Of a stretch of 64,000 nt of DNA, positions 37,126 to 51,194 are shown in pieces. How positions within the stretch are numbered: the first letter of the stretch is position 1; the number at the start of each line of letters is the position of its first letter. The stretch spans positions 39,310,001 to 39,374,000 of the forward strand of contig OZ249436.1 in assembly GCA_965235115.1 (NCBI GenBank). Reading direction: 5' to 3'. Both the position numbers and the translations under genes were made by a program. The notes beneath the pieces were generated by a model. The model saw nothing but the letters and a program-made list of their open reading frames with translations. It had not been told where the DNA came from and did not search any database. Source of the stretch: Laetmonice hystrix. Taxonomy: Eukaryota.

Positions 37126-37689
37126 TGCCCCAGTCCCATATACGCACGGATGGACACGGCAGTCCCGGAAAGTGCCGGATCCCGCCGGATCAAGATCCGG
37201 GACGATCCTTGCTCTTTTTGGGGTTTTTGAGCGGTGGCAACACGGCAGCTACACGGACGAACCCGTACAAACACGGACAAACACGGCAGCAAGCAACAGG
37301 GCGCCCACGCGGATGCCCAAGGACCGTCTAGGACATTCACGGCAGAGCGACGGACTAACATGGACCAACACGGCAGAGACACGGACAGCCCCGGATAAAC
37401 ACGGACTTACACGGCGTGTACACGGACCATCCCGGACCTACACGGCAGCGACACGGACCAACACGGTCCACCCCGGATGTTGCCATCTCCCCGGACCGTC
37501 ACGGAAGAACACGACAGTTTTGAACTTTCCAAAACTGCCGTGTTGGCCTCCCGGAGCCCCAAGGACATTCCCGGACGTTTCAGGACCAACAGGGATCACC
37601 GCGGAGCTACACGGCGGCTACACGGTTCACACGCCGGATCGTGCCGGATGTGATCCGTGTTGATCCGGCACCTATATGGGACTGGGGCT
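37126..37689. mobile_element. Harbinger-like MITE
   Basis: taa|tgccccagtcccata ... tatgggactggggct|tta. Confidence 0.75.
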
Positions 37690-38459
37690 TTAAGTAGGAT
37701 AATTATTACTGGCAACACTGAAAATATTGAGAGGGGGGCGCTTGTGTCTCAAATGATAGCGGCATTCATTATAGGCCTAACTATTGTCTGAAAATGATAC
37801 AAGTTCCAGGATATACTTTCTGTCCTGAATCGGCACCTTGTCCGGACGGCTTCGGCAGATAGGGTCTCCTGGGCCCCTTTGCATATTTTTACCCCTTAAG
37901 GATCACTAAAACCTTTGCGATCCTTAATTTTTTGCGACTACTAAGGGCCCTACTGACCGTGCCGTTGCATATCAGATACCCCATGTTGTCACAGGGGTTA
38001 GCGCTCGCAATGTTAGAAGTCGCTATCTGCAATGCGCCCAATATTAGCAGTCGTTACACAATCCCCATTAGTGGTCGTAAAAGTACCTGAGAGCAACACC
38101 TCACTGCGACACCAGCTTCTTGAGGCAGTTCCCTAATTAGTCGTCAGGGGGCGGAATGGGTACACCGGACTTGGCCTTGTATGTTGCTTCATGTCAACAA
38201 TTGTCCATGTTCACCAAAGCCGGTCTTTTATGAGTTGTAAAATAACATAATAATAATAACTAGAAATTGTTCAGTCCGAACAGGACGTCTCCCCTTTTTT
38301 AAAGTAATGACATCATATAATTTTTGAGAGAGGACTAATTAGTATGAAAGTAGTGTGTTGCAAAAGCAATGATATAGGTATGGCAGATTTTCTATGCGAA
38401 AGAAAAGATATAACTAGTTGCGAGGTGCCCAGGGCACAGGTATCCCATTCACCAGTCAA

Positions 38460-39400
38460 TGGTGTTAAAATCGGAAATTAGGTCAACTTGGCCGCCATCT
38501 TGGATTTTTCAAATTCAGTTCAAATGGGTCAAGTTTTCCATCCTAACCCCAATGGTGAAAACCAGACGTTGATATCTTTAACCGTTTTAGAGATATCACT
38601 GATTTTTGGTTGAAAATGACCTAAAAGGGCCAACTTTGAAGAGCCATAATTTGGAAACTATTGATTTTAGGAGAGCCATCTCGGTGTCAGAGACAGCTGA
38701 CCCATTACCCAATCCAATGGTTTTAAAATAGGAAATTAGGTCAACTTGGCCGCCATCTTGGATTTTTCAAATTCAGTTTAAATGGGTCAAGTTTTCCATC
38801 CTAACCCCAATGGTGAAAACCAGACGTTGATATCTTTAACCGTTTTAGAGATCACTGATTTTTGGTTGAAAATGACCTAAAAGGGCCAACTTTGAAGAGC
38901 CATAACTTGGAAACTATTGATTTTAGGGGAGCCATCTCGGTGTCAGAGACAGCTGACCTATTACCCAATCCAATGGTGTTAAAATCGGAAATTAGGTCAA
39001 CTTGGCCGCCATCTTGAATATTTCAAATTCAGGGAAAATGGGTCAAGGTTTTCATCCCAAACCCAATGGTCAAAACTAGACATTGATATCTTTAACCGTT
39101 TTCGAGGTATCACTGATGTTTGGTTGAAAATAACCTAAAAGGGCCAACTTTGAAGGGGCAATAAGATGGAAACTATTGATTTTAGGGGAGCCATCTCGGT
39201 GTCAGAGATAGTGGACCTATGTCCCAATCCAATGGTGCTGAAATTGGAAATTAGGTCAACTTGGCCGCCATCTTGGATTTTTCAAATTCGCTGAGGATGG
39301 GTCAAGTTTTTCATCCTAAACCCAAAGGTGAAACCCAGACATTGATATCTTTAACCGTTTTCGAGATATCACTGATCTTTGGTTGGAAATTACCTAAAAA
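38460..39400. repeat. Satellite-like array, ~258-bp unit, about 3.7 copies
   Basis: gaaattaggtcaacttggccgccatcttg at 38474, 38732, 38988 and 39247. Confidence 0.9.
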
Positions 39401-39409
39401 GGGTCATTA

Positions 39410-40120
39410 AGCCAGATGGGGTCACGTGACAGCATTTAAATTGACGTAAATTGAAAACTCATATAAGATTTTCCATATGAGTTTAATAGGAACCATGGAC
39501 CCATCTGGCTCTGTTTCTAAGTTACAGCCATCTTAAAATACCAATGACGTCATAGGGCAACGTAGGGTCACGTGACCTAATTAAAAATGGTGTCATTTGA
39601 AAGGCCATATATGACTTCCTATGGGTCTTCATTAGTACGTATGGGCCTATCTGGCTCTTTTTCCAAGTTACTGCCAGCTGAATACACTGATGACGTCATA
39701 CAGCCATATATGGTCACGTGACCTAATTAAAAAAGGTGTCATTTGAAAGGCCATATATGACTTCCTATCTGTCTACAATAGTAACTATGGGCCTATCTGG
39801 CTCTGTTTCCAAGTTATTGCTAATTGAAAATACCGATGACGTCATAGAGTCACGTAGGGTCACGTGACCTAATTAAAAATTGTGTCATTTGAAAGGGGAT
39901 AATGACTTCCTATGTGTCTTCAATGTAACTATGGGCCTATCTGGCTCTATTTCCAAGTTACTGCTAATTGAAAATACCGATGACGTCATAGAGTCACGTA
40001 GGGTCACGTGACCTAATTAAAAATGGTGTCATTTTAAAGGCCATATATAACTCCTATCGATCTTCACGGGTCTATCTGGCTCTATTGCCAAGTTACTGCT
40101 AGCTGAAAATACCGATGACG
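39410..40120. repeat. Satellite-like array, ~146-bp unit, about 5 copies
   Basis: gtcacgtgac at 39421, 39567, 39713, 39859 and 40003. Confidence 0.9.
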
Positions 40121-41136
40121 ATAAGGTATGTATGTATGTGGGTAGGGGTGTGTGTGTGTGTGTGTGCGATGTACCGGCTGTGGTAAAGGAGTTGGTGGTT
40201 GTTGGTGGAGCGTGGAAGTGTTATGTAACTCAGTTGTGGGATCTGCGGCTGAGAACAGGCGCACAGGCCAGTGACTGGGAGCGGGCCGCTGGCGAATTTA
40301 TTTTCCCACGCTAGTTCTGGATACTCATTAGCATACAGCCAATCAGAAACAAGTTGTTTACTCGCTGTGTGGCTGTGTGTCGGAAAGATGGTCCAATTCC
40401 AGCCGAATAAGTCGGAAACTATTAACTGTAGAGAAAAATACTTGATGTAGCGGTTGTAGGCTAAGACCTGGAGATTCTTCTCCACCAAGTTTCATAAAGA
40501 TACGGTCAGGGTTTTGGGGGATATAAAAGGCTTCTCTAAGGTTGGCACGGTACTGAGGTCAAAGGTCATGAAGTGCTAAAAATTGCAAAATCCCGAAAAA
40601 TATCCACAGTTGTCTTTTCCCCAAATTAGGAGTTTCTAGCCCCGGTAGTTTTTGGGCTGATGTCAAGTAAGCGCCCAACCACTTCGAAAATGTTGAAGGT
40701 CACACGGAGGTCATCTGGGGTCACACGAACGTGTCCTCCGGGAAATCTAAATTTGGCACATAGATGACCCTGCTGACCAAATTTGATGTTATTCCAGCCA
40801 GTATTTTCCGAGTTATGGCTTTGGAAAAAAAATGGCACGTGCCATTTTTTTTAGATCAGCCGCCATCTTAAAAGTTCTGGGTCAACCAAACTGGTTTTCG
40901 AACTTATCCAAGCCCCGGATGAAAGAAGGCCGACATACCAATTTTGGATCGATTCAGGCTATTTTTCTCGCGTTATCGTGATCACAGCACAAGTTGGCAC
41001 ATTCGTGCCACGGAAGAGGTCAAAGGTCAAATGGCACTATAAGTAGAAACAAAGATTTTTCAGAAGGTTCTGTCGGGGCATTTCAAATTTGATAACTCCC
41101 TCTTTAACAGTGGCCGAGTTATTCCAAAAAGAAGAA

Positions 41137-42862
41137 AATAAATAGACAGGAACGACCGAGTGTGCTGATACGGAAAGCTGTATCGGACGAGGCGGCAAGC
41201 GCGGAGTAATATCAGCATGAGCCCGATAGGGCGAGTGCTGATGTAAAACTCCGCGCTTGCCGCCGAGTCCGATACAGCTTTCCGTATCAGCACACGAGTT
41301 TGTTCCTGTTTTTATTACCCCTTTCTACAATGTAACGGATATTATGTGACTAAGAAATAACACTATGGCAAGATCAAGAGGAAAAACCATCTTAGGTCTA
41401 TGATCTATATACTTGAAGCAACAAACGTCACCGTCGTTTGTTATTTGTGACGTCGTCGTTTGTTCAAAATCGATCTATGCGCTAGGCAACAAACGTCATC
41501 ATCGTTTGTTATGTGTGACGTCGTCCTTTGTTATCAGTGACGTAACTTAAACTTTGTAGAGAGGAAACTGTCCACCGAGCTGCTCCGCTAGATCGACTCA
41601 AACATGTATTTCAAGACGTACGAAAGTTTGCTAAGCTTGAGAACTTTTGAATTATGCATAAAAAAGGTAGACAACGAGTTGAGTAAGAGTTCTGAGGACT
41701 GCTGAGTCAGTTTAATTCAGTATTCTTGAGAATTATCGAGGTGCTGTCCTAGTTTTCGGCGAAGACGGTCTGAATTAGGCCACGCCCCCTCAATGAAATA
41801 CTCACCACTGATTGGTCATAAAACTCGGTCAAGGTGTATCTGGGTCAGTGAAGGCGACTGATACAGGATTTCGAATATCCGTATCACACGCCTCCCTAAC
41901 CAATCAATGAGCTTCGTTTAGAACTGTGATGATACGGATTCCGTATCAGCATAGTAGCTTCAGCCAATCAGATTACTCCGTTCACCCCAAAGGGGTAATA
42001 AATAGACAGGAACGACCGAGTGTGCTGATACGGAAAGCTGTATCGGACGAGGCGGCAAGCGCGGAGTAATATCAGCACGAGCCCGATAGGGCGAGTGCTG
42101 ATGTAAAACTCCGCGCTTGCCGCCGAGTCCGATGCAGCTTTCCGTATCAGCACACGAGTTTGTTCCTGTTTTTATTACCCCTTTCTACAATCTAGCGGAT
42201 ATTATGTGACTAAGAAATAACATTTTGGCAAGATCAAGAGGAAAAACCATCCTAGGTCTATGATCTATATACTTGAAGCAACAAACGTCACCGTCGTTTG
42301 TTATTTGTGACGTCGTCGTTTGTTCAAAATCGATCTATGCGCTAGGCAACAAACGTCATCATCGTTTGTTATTTGTGACGTCGTCGTTTGTTATCAGTGA
42401 CGTAACTTAAACTTTGTAGAGAGGAAACTGTCCACCGAGTTGCTCCGCTAGATCGACTAAATCATGTATTTCAAGACCTACGAAAGTTTGCTAAGCTTGA
42501 GAACTTTTGAATTATGCATAAAAAACGTAGAGAACGAGTTGAGTAAGAGTTCTGAGGACTGCTGAGTCAGTTTAATTCAGTATTCTTGAGAATTATCGAG
42601 GTGCTGTCCCAGTTTTCGGCGAAGACGGTCTGAATTAGGCCACGCCCCCTCAATGAAATACTCACCACTGATTGGTCATAAAACTCGGTCAAGGTGTATC
42701 TGGGTCAGTGAAGGCGACTGATACAGGATTTCGAATATCTGTATCACACGCCTCCCTAACCAATCAATGAGCTCCGTTTAGAACTGTGCTGATACGGATT
42801 CCGTATCAGCATAGTAGCTTCAGCCAATCAGATTACTCCGTTCACCCCAAAGGGGTAATAAA
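41137..42862. mobile_element. Head-to-tail dimer of an 860-bp Crypton-like non-autonomous element
   Basis: Units start at 41137 and 41997. Each has a ~180-bp terminal hairpin with loop gagcccgatagggcgagt, plus ttattacccctt / aaggggtaataa inverted repeats. All junctions share AATAAA. Confidence 0.65.
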
Positions 42863-42877
42863 AGAAAGAAAGAAATA

Positions 42878-42948
<71 letters not shown>

Positions 42949-44801
42949 CGGTCAGAAACAGCGTGCAAAACAAAACGTCTCCCCCAGCTGGGGGGAGACG
43001 TAATAAAGTAATTTTTGTGTTAATTTAAAGTATTTTAATGATTGCTAAAGGCTGGCATTATATTTGATTATATATTCCCCCAATTGCGACACAAATGTCC
43101 AAGCCTGGGGCTCGTTTCACTAAGACTGTACGAGCTCGTATATGGCCTTACAGCTCGTAAACAGGAAAAACTCATACATTGGGCCCGTTTCACAAAAGTA
43201 TCGTATTTTACGATACGAAAAAAATCGTGTATTTTACGAATAAGAGTTTTCCTAAGAATGATCGTAAAAAGTGTTGCACAAACGAAATCTTAAATTTGAA
43301 AGTCTCGTACTTCATAATCGCATCGTAACCTTAAGAATCGTATCGTAAGTTTACGAGGATTTGGATTTAGTACTGCGGGACCTGAATCTGGCGGGAAAGT
43401 TACAACTTCCGGCCGGTATGACTAAATACCGCAACCGACCGAAAGGGACGGAAAGGGACGGAAACGGACCCTAGGGGACCAGATATGGACCGAAACGAAC
43501 CCCACTAAGAAAGAAGGGACCGAGATACACCTTATGGACCCACAATGGGACCGCCTCGGTCCAGGGCAGGGACAGAAACGGACCGTCAAACTACGGAACC
43601 CTACCGAAACGGACCCTAGGGTACCAGATATTCACCGAAACGAACCCTACAAAGAAAGAAGGGACCGAGATATACCTTATGGACCCACAATGGGACAGCC
43701 TCGGTCCAGGGCAGGGACCGAAATGGACCGTCAAAGTTAAAATATATGTCAAAGCTATATTAAATATCCCATCCCCCAAAGGGGAATTGGGATTTTGAAA
43801 TTACTGGGTTTCGTCTACAATGTACCGTACATATAGCTTTGACATAGGCCTATAGATCTAGGCCTATTTTAACTGCAAATGACGGTCCATTTCGTTCGTG
43901 CCAGGCACTACTCATCTCGTAAATCACCCCCTCCCACCCAAGTACGGTCCACGGCCATTGTTTTCATACATATCCACTGCTCCTGTCGCCTATGTTCTCC
44001 TTGGCTACCCGTACCTGTAACCCACCTACGTAGTCGGGGTGGGGGTGGGGTGGGGGTGGGGGGTGGGGGTGGGGTGGGGGTGGGGGGTGGGGGGGGGGCT
44101 GGATGGCCGCGTCGCCCGTGAGGCAAGAAGCCACCAAAACAAATAATATGTAATCCACTGGACCCGCTTCCATGTAGGCTACACAACTCAGTGATAAATA
44201 GGCTACACGTATTTTCAGGGCCGGATCCAGAAGGGGGTGCAACCCCCCTTAGAAATCTAGAAAATTCTGTCAGAACAACATGCTAAAGCCAGATTTCCAC
44301 CAGATTGCCCCAATGCACAGTGCACAGCGCTATGTTAGTTTGCTAAGGAGCAAAATATAAATGTAATATCTTGGTAATAATAAAGTGTTTTTTCACCTGT
44401 CAAGTTGTTGCAACCCCCGCCCCCTTGAAAAAATCCTGGATCCGGCCCTGCTTTTGCCCCAATCAGCGCAATGCTCAGCCTGCGGGTGATATAATATTGG
44501 AAGGGGGTTGGAAGAGTGCTGTTAACCTCGTTATCAGACATTCCGCCTTCACTATTGAAGATGCCCCCCCCCCCCAAAAAAAAAAAGAAATCTTGATACC
44601 AAAGGAAACGAGCCAAAAAGCACATCTGACGACTCCGGTAGATCTATACCCCCCGTTTCACAAAAGTTTCACATAAGTTTTCATGGGTAGCCTATAGTCT
44701 TCACAATAATGTTTTTCACTAGGATGGTTGCAGTCTCTGTATACACAGACCGCCCACTGTGAGGTCGGCTCTGGCCGGGGTCGGCAGAGAGTTATGTATA
44801 A

Positions 44802-45228
44802 TGGCCCATTCACACCGCAGCCGATACTGGCACTGATACGGACGGCGACACTGATATTTTTTTACAACACATTATTTCCAGTGGGAGCATTCACACCAAG
44901 ACCGATACTGACGCCGACGTCGGTGTCCGACACCGACGTCAGCGAGGCAAATAGAACATGTTCTATTTTCCAAACGTCGGCCACCGATTTTCCTGGAGAC
45001 CGGGAGGTTCCCGTGCATCTTGATCGGAGCAATCCCTCACCGACGCGGAGGAGGCCGGCAGCCGGGCCGGTGTCGGGAACCAGTCGCGATCTACATGTCG
45101 GCACCGGTGTTGGGCATCGGTGCATCATTCACACTGCAGCCAAGGTCGGTGTGGACATCGGTGTCGCCCTCGGTCTCGGTATCAGTATCGGCATCGGTAT
45201 CGGCATCGGCTGCGGTGTGAAAGGCCCA
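44802..45228. mobile_element. Harbinger-like MITE
   Basis: tggcccattcacaccgcagccgat ... atcggctgcggtgtgaaaggccca. Confidence 0.7.
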
Positions 45229-46225
45229 ATGCGACTCCCCCGGTCCTCCCAGTCAGGGTGGGGTTGGAGTAATTTGTATGTCCAGAACACACCCAACTGA
45301 ATTAGCGATGCTTTTGAGCTGTACGTGGTAATACATTTCTTGAATCTTATATTAGAGGCCAGCTGTCCTTGGTTTAGTGAGCCAGCAGATTTTTGTTGGG
45401 GAAGGGGTTTAAAGAACCCCTCCCCCAACAAACTTTGCGACCTTTATATTATTTCGCGAATTTGCAATTATATTTAAGCAAACAAATTATTTTTTTGTTG
45501 CATTAAGAGTTTCTTAAGGCCTTAAGAGCTGCCCCGTCGGGCTCTTAAAATCGGCCATAATCGTAGCTGTTTAAGGACCACTTGCGAGGCGCTAAGATAC
45601 GATTTTCGGTTTGTGCAACGCAAACGCGGTTTTTCGTAAAGTTACGATAAGATTATGCCTAAGAACTTTTTGTGAAACGGGGGGATAGCATGTATTGAAG
45701 GATCATGTTCCTGTCTGTTACGAGCAATCGCCAGTGATATTTATAGATGATCCACAGGTCAACCCTTAATTACGGCCAGTTTGGCTCAGTCCCGAATTTT
45801 TTATTTAATGTTTTTTAATGTATTTATCTATTTATCTATTTAATGTTTGTCAAAACCCCACAATAGCGGGCACTCCTATTAAGACCACTCCGCATTGTGA
45901 CCACTTTTTGTCAGTCCCAAATGGCCTTCCAACCCTTCACTCCGGCTCTAAACTATTGTCGGTAAGGTGCATGTGTAACAACCCCACTTTGAAATTACCC
46001 ACTTTGAAAAATCTGTTCAAAGTGCGTTAAAATTTGGGTCCAACTTCAGGCATTTTAAAAATAAAAATTTCAAAGTGCGTTAAGATTTGGGTCCACCTCA
46101 ACGCACTTTCAATTTTCTTTTTTAATGTGCGTTGAAGTGGACCCGAATCTCAACGCATTTTGAAAATAAGTGCGTAATTTTTTCAAAGTGGGTTGTTACA
46201 GATCTGTCAATCAAGTTGACATAAG

Positions 46226-47570
46226 CCCTCGTTTGAGCAAACACTCACACATAGGCCTACACGATCACCCAAACAGCTTTCTTTTCACAATCATCTGTGT
46301 GGCCTGTTACGGCATATATTGTCGCCGTGCATATATTGTCGCCGGCGATAATATATGACAACGTTCATGGCATATATTGCCACCCATTAGCACATATTGT
46401 CGCCTTCTGAGGAAAATGACACGGAGGATTCACAGATGGTGGGTGCGACCATGGATCCAAATAATAGCCCTGTTTACATTACCAAAAAATAAGGGTGCTC
46501 GGTCCGAACCGAGAACGGTATACCCCTAAAAAAGTGGCAATGTAAACTTGTCAGTCCGGACCTAAAGTGGACCGGTCCGAGACCCCCAGAAGGAGGTGAT
46601 CTCGGTGCGGACCGAGGACCTGTACCCCGCCCATAAGTGGCAGTGTAAACGTGTCACACAGGGTACCGGGCCCAGTCAACTTGTCTGAGACGGTACTGCA
46701 CATGCCCGCAATTCGGTCCGGTCCGAGAACGGTCCACTTGAAGTGGACCGTAATGTAAACGCGGCTATGAAGTTTCCGGTCGAATTCGAGGCGACTCATC
46801 GTCCCCGGCCCAGATACAAACTGTGTAGTGTAAACGGTGCCACTCAGGTGGACCCGGTCCGGTCCGAGCACGGTCTACTTGAAGTGGACCGTAATGTAAA
46901 CGCGGCTATAGAAGAGGAGCATAACAATGTTTTTGATTTAGATCTACAACAGGAGTTGGCGGCGGGTCAAAACGAAATGATGAAATAATGAAATAATGAA
47001 TGTACACAACATGAAAACAAAAAAACACACCAAAATATGAGAAAGATAAGAGAAGTTATACCCAAAAAAAACAAGAAAGTAAGTGTCACAACTGAAGAAA
47101 GAACATGCAGTTATATATTTATTACGTCCACGCGCCATGTCGGAATGTTTCCTGGTCCGGGTGCCCACGTGGTCACATGCCGCAAGCTGTTTCGTGCGGC
47201 GAATCGATGATCACGTGATGATCAGCTGACCTGACCTTCGGGAGCGTGGAGGCTTCGCGAGCGCAAAATATCAAAACTTTTGATCTCACTTTTGCTTCCT
47301 TCGGGAGCTGTGGAAACGACCTTGGCGCCGAAGCCCTGCACGACAGGGAAGGCCTATGCTCCACTACGTGAAGGTACCTCCCGATGGTTCCTCCCGAAGG
47401 TGGTCCCGAAGGTACTTCGCGAGCACTTCGGGACCATCTTCGGGGGGTACCTCCGCATACCTTATTATTAGTGAAGCATAGGCATAAAGCTGACCACGCA
47501 GATGGTTGTGAACAGAAAGCTGTTCCAGGGATCGTGTAGGCCTGTGTGTGAGTGTTTCCTCAAGCGAGGG
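46226..47570. mobile_element. Non-autonomous DNA transposon with ~80-bp TIRs; contains a MITE at 46465-46908 that splits a Harbinger-like transposase N-terminal relic
   Basis: ccctcgtttgagcaaacactcacac... versus ...gtgtgagtgtttcctcaagcgaggg. The peptide MTRRIHRWWVRPWIQ at 46416 appears to resume after the MITE. Confidence 0.6.
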
Positions 47571-47878
47571 ATTGTAACACCTTCAGCTGAACCTGTCCAC
47601 CGCTAGCCATTGTCACTGGTTCTAACCTGATCACTGATCACTGTAACGCGCGTTACGCTGATTCTAAATGGAGGAGCTTGATACTCGCTTCGCGTGTTTT
47701 TGTCCAAGTTGCAAGGGTTACAGTGTATCAACAAGATCATACAACATCTAAATATCATGATAACAGCGTAGACTGCCGTTATTTCAGGGTCCTAGCAGGG
47801 CGTAAATTAAGAGAAAATGGATGCGGCGATGATACCCGTAACGTCCTAAGCTGGTGCACCGTAACGCAAAGTTGGTGA

Positions 47879-50800
47879 AGGGCGCGATCCACTGTCCCGA
47901 TCCTACCCGATCGGATCGGCACCGATCACTGCAAGGATCGGCCCCCAAATCGTACCCGATTACTTGAAACCGATCCTAACGTCCACTGTCCCGAGCGATC
48001 GGTACCGATTGAAATCGACCCCGGTTGAAATCGGTACCAATCCAGGGGGCGGATCCAGCTTTTTCAAGTAGGGGGGTCCAACGTTTCTAGGGGCGCCACA
48101 GGCGTGATTACGAGCGCCGAAGGCGCGAAGTTCGCAAGCATCCAAGGCGCGAAGCCTTGCTAGGGGGGTCCGAGGGCATGCCCCCCCCCCCGGAAAATTT
48201 TGAAATTCAAGGTGTAATTTGGTGAAATCCGGTGCATTTTGGAGCACAAAATAAGCTTTTCAATGACCGATGTCAAAAGTCTAAAGTAGGCATCAGCTGG
48301 CGGATCCAGGATTTGGTTAAGGGGGCGCAAATTTTGTTAAGAGGGGGGGGGGGTGCAAAAATTCAATCACAGACAATTTCATTATGCATATATTCATTTC
48401 CTCCAATACAACGGTAACTCACATCAACACTGCATGGGGGAGGGGGGGGGGGTCCTGGCCCGGGCCCCTGGGCCCCCCTAAATTTTCCCTTTTTTTGGAG
48501 GGGATCAAGATGCCCCTGACACCAGCATTCCAACAACATTATTTTAAAAAGCCTCCTGTACGTGATAGTAGGCTAACATCGGGCCCCCGAAAAAGGGCCT
48601 CGAGCCTCAAGTCCAACAGCAACACAACCTTGTCTCTAGGTATGAAAAAAAAAAATTTAGGTCTTTTTTATCTTGCGACGGCCAGAAGGAGGCGCGCCCC
48701 TGCACCCCCTTGGCGCGCCCCTGCGCCCGCCACTGCATGATGGGCCTACAATGCTGTCGCCTATTTTAGAGTTTGCTGCATGTGGGTGTGGGGTCCGAAT
48801 TCCTGATCGGCAGGAGAGGCGCCATGATCAGCAGGAGGGGCGCCATGAAATTTTAGGGGGGGGGGGTCCGGGCCCCATGTGGCCCCCCCTGGATCCGCCA
48901 GTGTGATCCATGGGCTATCCAGGAATGTTTTAGGGGGGCTAACCATCGGGCAAAAACATAAAAAAAGCCAGTAAAGGCCTAAAATATATGATAAATATGA
49001 TCATAGTTTACTGGGGGATCCAGGGGGGTCAGGGGGCCCGGCCCCCTTAAATTTTCCTTTCCCTCCTTTTTTTTATGAAGATGCATTATTCGGACCCTGA
49101 AACCAGGATTACAACAAAATGCTTTTTAAAAAGCCTCCTATAGTGTACGTGATAGTAACATCGGGCCCAAAAGGGCCTCCTCAGTCGTCCAGCAGCAAGA
49201 TAACTCAGGGCCATGCAACGACCTGTCTGCAACGACCTGTCTGCACCGATCACGTGATCACCTGACCTGACTTTGAGTTTGACTTGGACCTACATCTAGA
49301 TCTACGTCATTTGGTTGGTCCCCCCCCCCTGCGCCGACGACACCCACCACCTCCTCTGAGTCTGAATTTCGCACCTCTTTCTCTTTCACCCCCACCTGCC
49401 CTACAGTCCAAGATCTTCCTAACTTTAGTTATTTTGTGCTCCAAAATGCACCAGTTGTCACCAAAATACACCTTAAATTCCAAAAGTTTCTGGGGCCCAT
49501 GACCTTGGACCTGCCTAGGCCTATACTCTGTGCCTGCGGGGCTTGTGCGCTTCGCGCCTATAGCTATGCATGGCGCTGGGGGGCTGTAATGAGGGGTGGG
49601 GGGCGGGTGTCCCCTGCATTCCTGTTTCCTAAATATTGACAGCCAAAGCCATAGCTATCCCCCCCCCCCTCCTCGGCCCCCCGCTCCGAAAATTGTCATA
49701 GTAGGCCTAATTTGACTGCAAACTGGCTGGGATCGTCGGTGGTATCATCGAAAGTGACCCAGCAGGCTTTTCATTTCTATCAGAAAAGTGGTCTCCAGAT
49801 GCCGGGAAATATGGGGGGGGGGGGGGGGTGCTTTCCATATTAGTTTTGGGAGGGAGGGCCCCCGGACTCCAAGCCGCAAGAACGGCTCACACCTTTGGCG
49901 CTCGCAGAATTTTATCTTACCTTTATCTCTGCAGCCCCCTTTCGCAAATGCCTAGATCAGCCCCCCCCTCCCCAATATCTTGTTCATTACATAAATATGT
50001 ATTCGAAATCCCATGCAGGGACGGATCCAGGTTGGCGCCAAATTGGGGGGGGGGGAGGGTGTGACTGCCAAACAGGGGTGTAGACTCTATGCTTGGTTTG
50101 AACGTTACGTCATTGGGGGGGGGGGGCTTGCAACCCCTTCACCATCCACTGATTCTCATAAGATAAATGCTGCTTGCATATTCTATTACGTGCAAAAAAA
50201 GTCTTCAACAGATTTTTATCTGGCGCACTGCCACAGGCGGATTTAGCGGGAGGGGGTGGCAGCACGCTCCCCTGTTCATTAAAAAAACCTTTTTTTAGCA
50301 ATAGGCCCTCGGCCTAACTAAGATAACACCTTGCATTTCGTTCTCAGATGCCAGGGAAACACGGCACTTTAATTTTCTTTTTTTTTCAGACCCCTCTCCC
50401 CCACTCAAGGCTTCGCGTATTCGGCGCTCGCATCGGGGGGGGGGGCTTCCCCAAATTCCTGAATCCGCCCCTGACTGCCCTACTCAGAACGTTCGAAGCT
50501 GGGTAGGCTATGATTCAGCCTTGATCATCACGGCCCTCTGCAGGCATACACCGCGAAGAGGGCCTTGGTTTCTGTTTGCGAACCTCTTGCTCCCTCCCTT
50601 CCCCATTGTTTTGGCGACGTTGGTACGCACCTTTACCGCCCAAATTAGGCCACCTAGAAAGAGAAAACCGATGGCAAAAATATCCCTTCTTCTCCATAAT
50701 GCGGCAGTGGCGGATCCAGGGGGGGGGGGTGTCGGCGACGTCCGGACCCCCCCCCCCCCCTCAAATTTGCCAAATTAATTTTTTTTATAACCAAAATGCC

Positions 50801-51191
50801 TAATTTTGTTTTTACAACGGACCCCCCCCCCCCCCTCGATTTGCCCTTTTTATGCTGGACCCCTAGGAACCCCCCCCCCCCCCGAATATAGACCCTAGAT
50901 CCGTCCCTAAATACGCACCCCCCCCCCAAAAAAAAAATCATGGCTCCGGCCTGCCGTAGCCTACGTCAGACCACTGAGCCATCTAGCGGTGTAGATACCG
51001 TCGATCGGGCCCGATTGTAGGATCGGCCCCGACCACATTAAACCGTGTTAAAGCGATCGGATCCGATCATCTTACATCGGGAACGATCCCTACGTCCACT
51101 ATAACGATCGATCGGGGGTAACAAACGATCGCCCCCGATCAGATCGTAGGTCGAGATCGGGCCCGATGATCGGGACAGTGGACCGCGCCCT
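47879..51191 (+). mobile_element. Composite Harbinger-like element, copy A, packed with GGCGGATCC-type MITEs
   Basis: tga|agggcgcgatccactgtcccg ... cgggacagtggaccgcgccct|taa. Confidence 0.75.
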
Positions 51192-51194
51192 TAA

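Larger units (their letters stand above)
38258..43004. mobile_element. Helentron-associated (HINE/DINE-like) non-autonomous element carrying satellite arrays
   Basis: Starts aactagaaa after (TAA)n. Subterminal acgtctcccc at 38285 recurs in a terminal hairpin at 42975-43001. (GAAA)n tract near the end; internal ~258-bp and ~146-bp tandem arrays. Confidence 0.65.
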
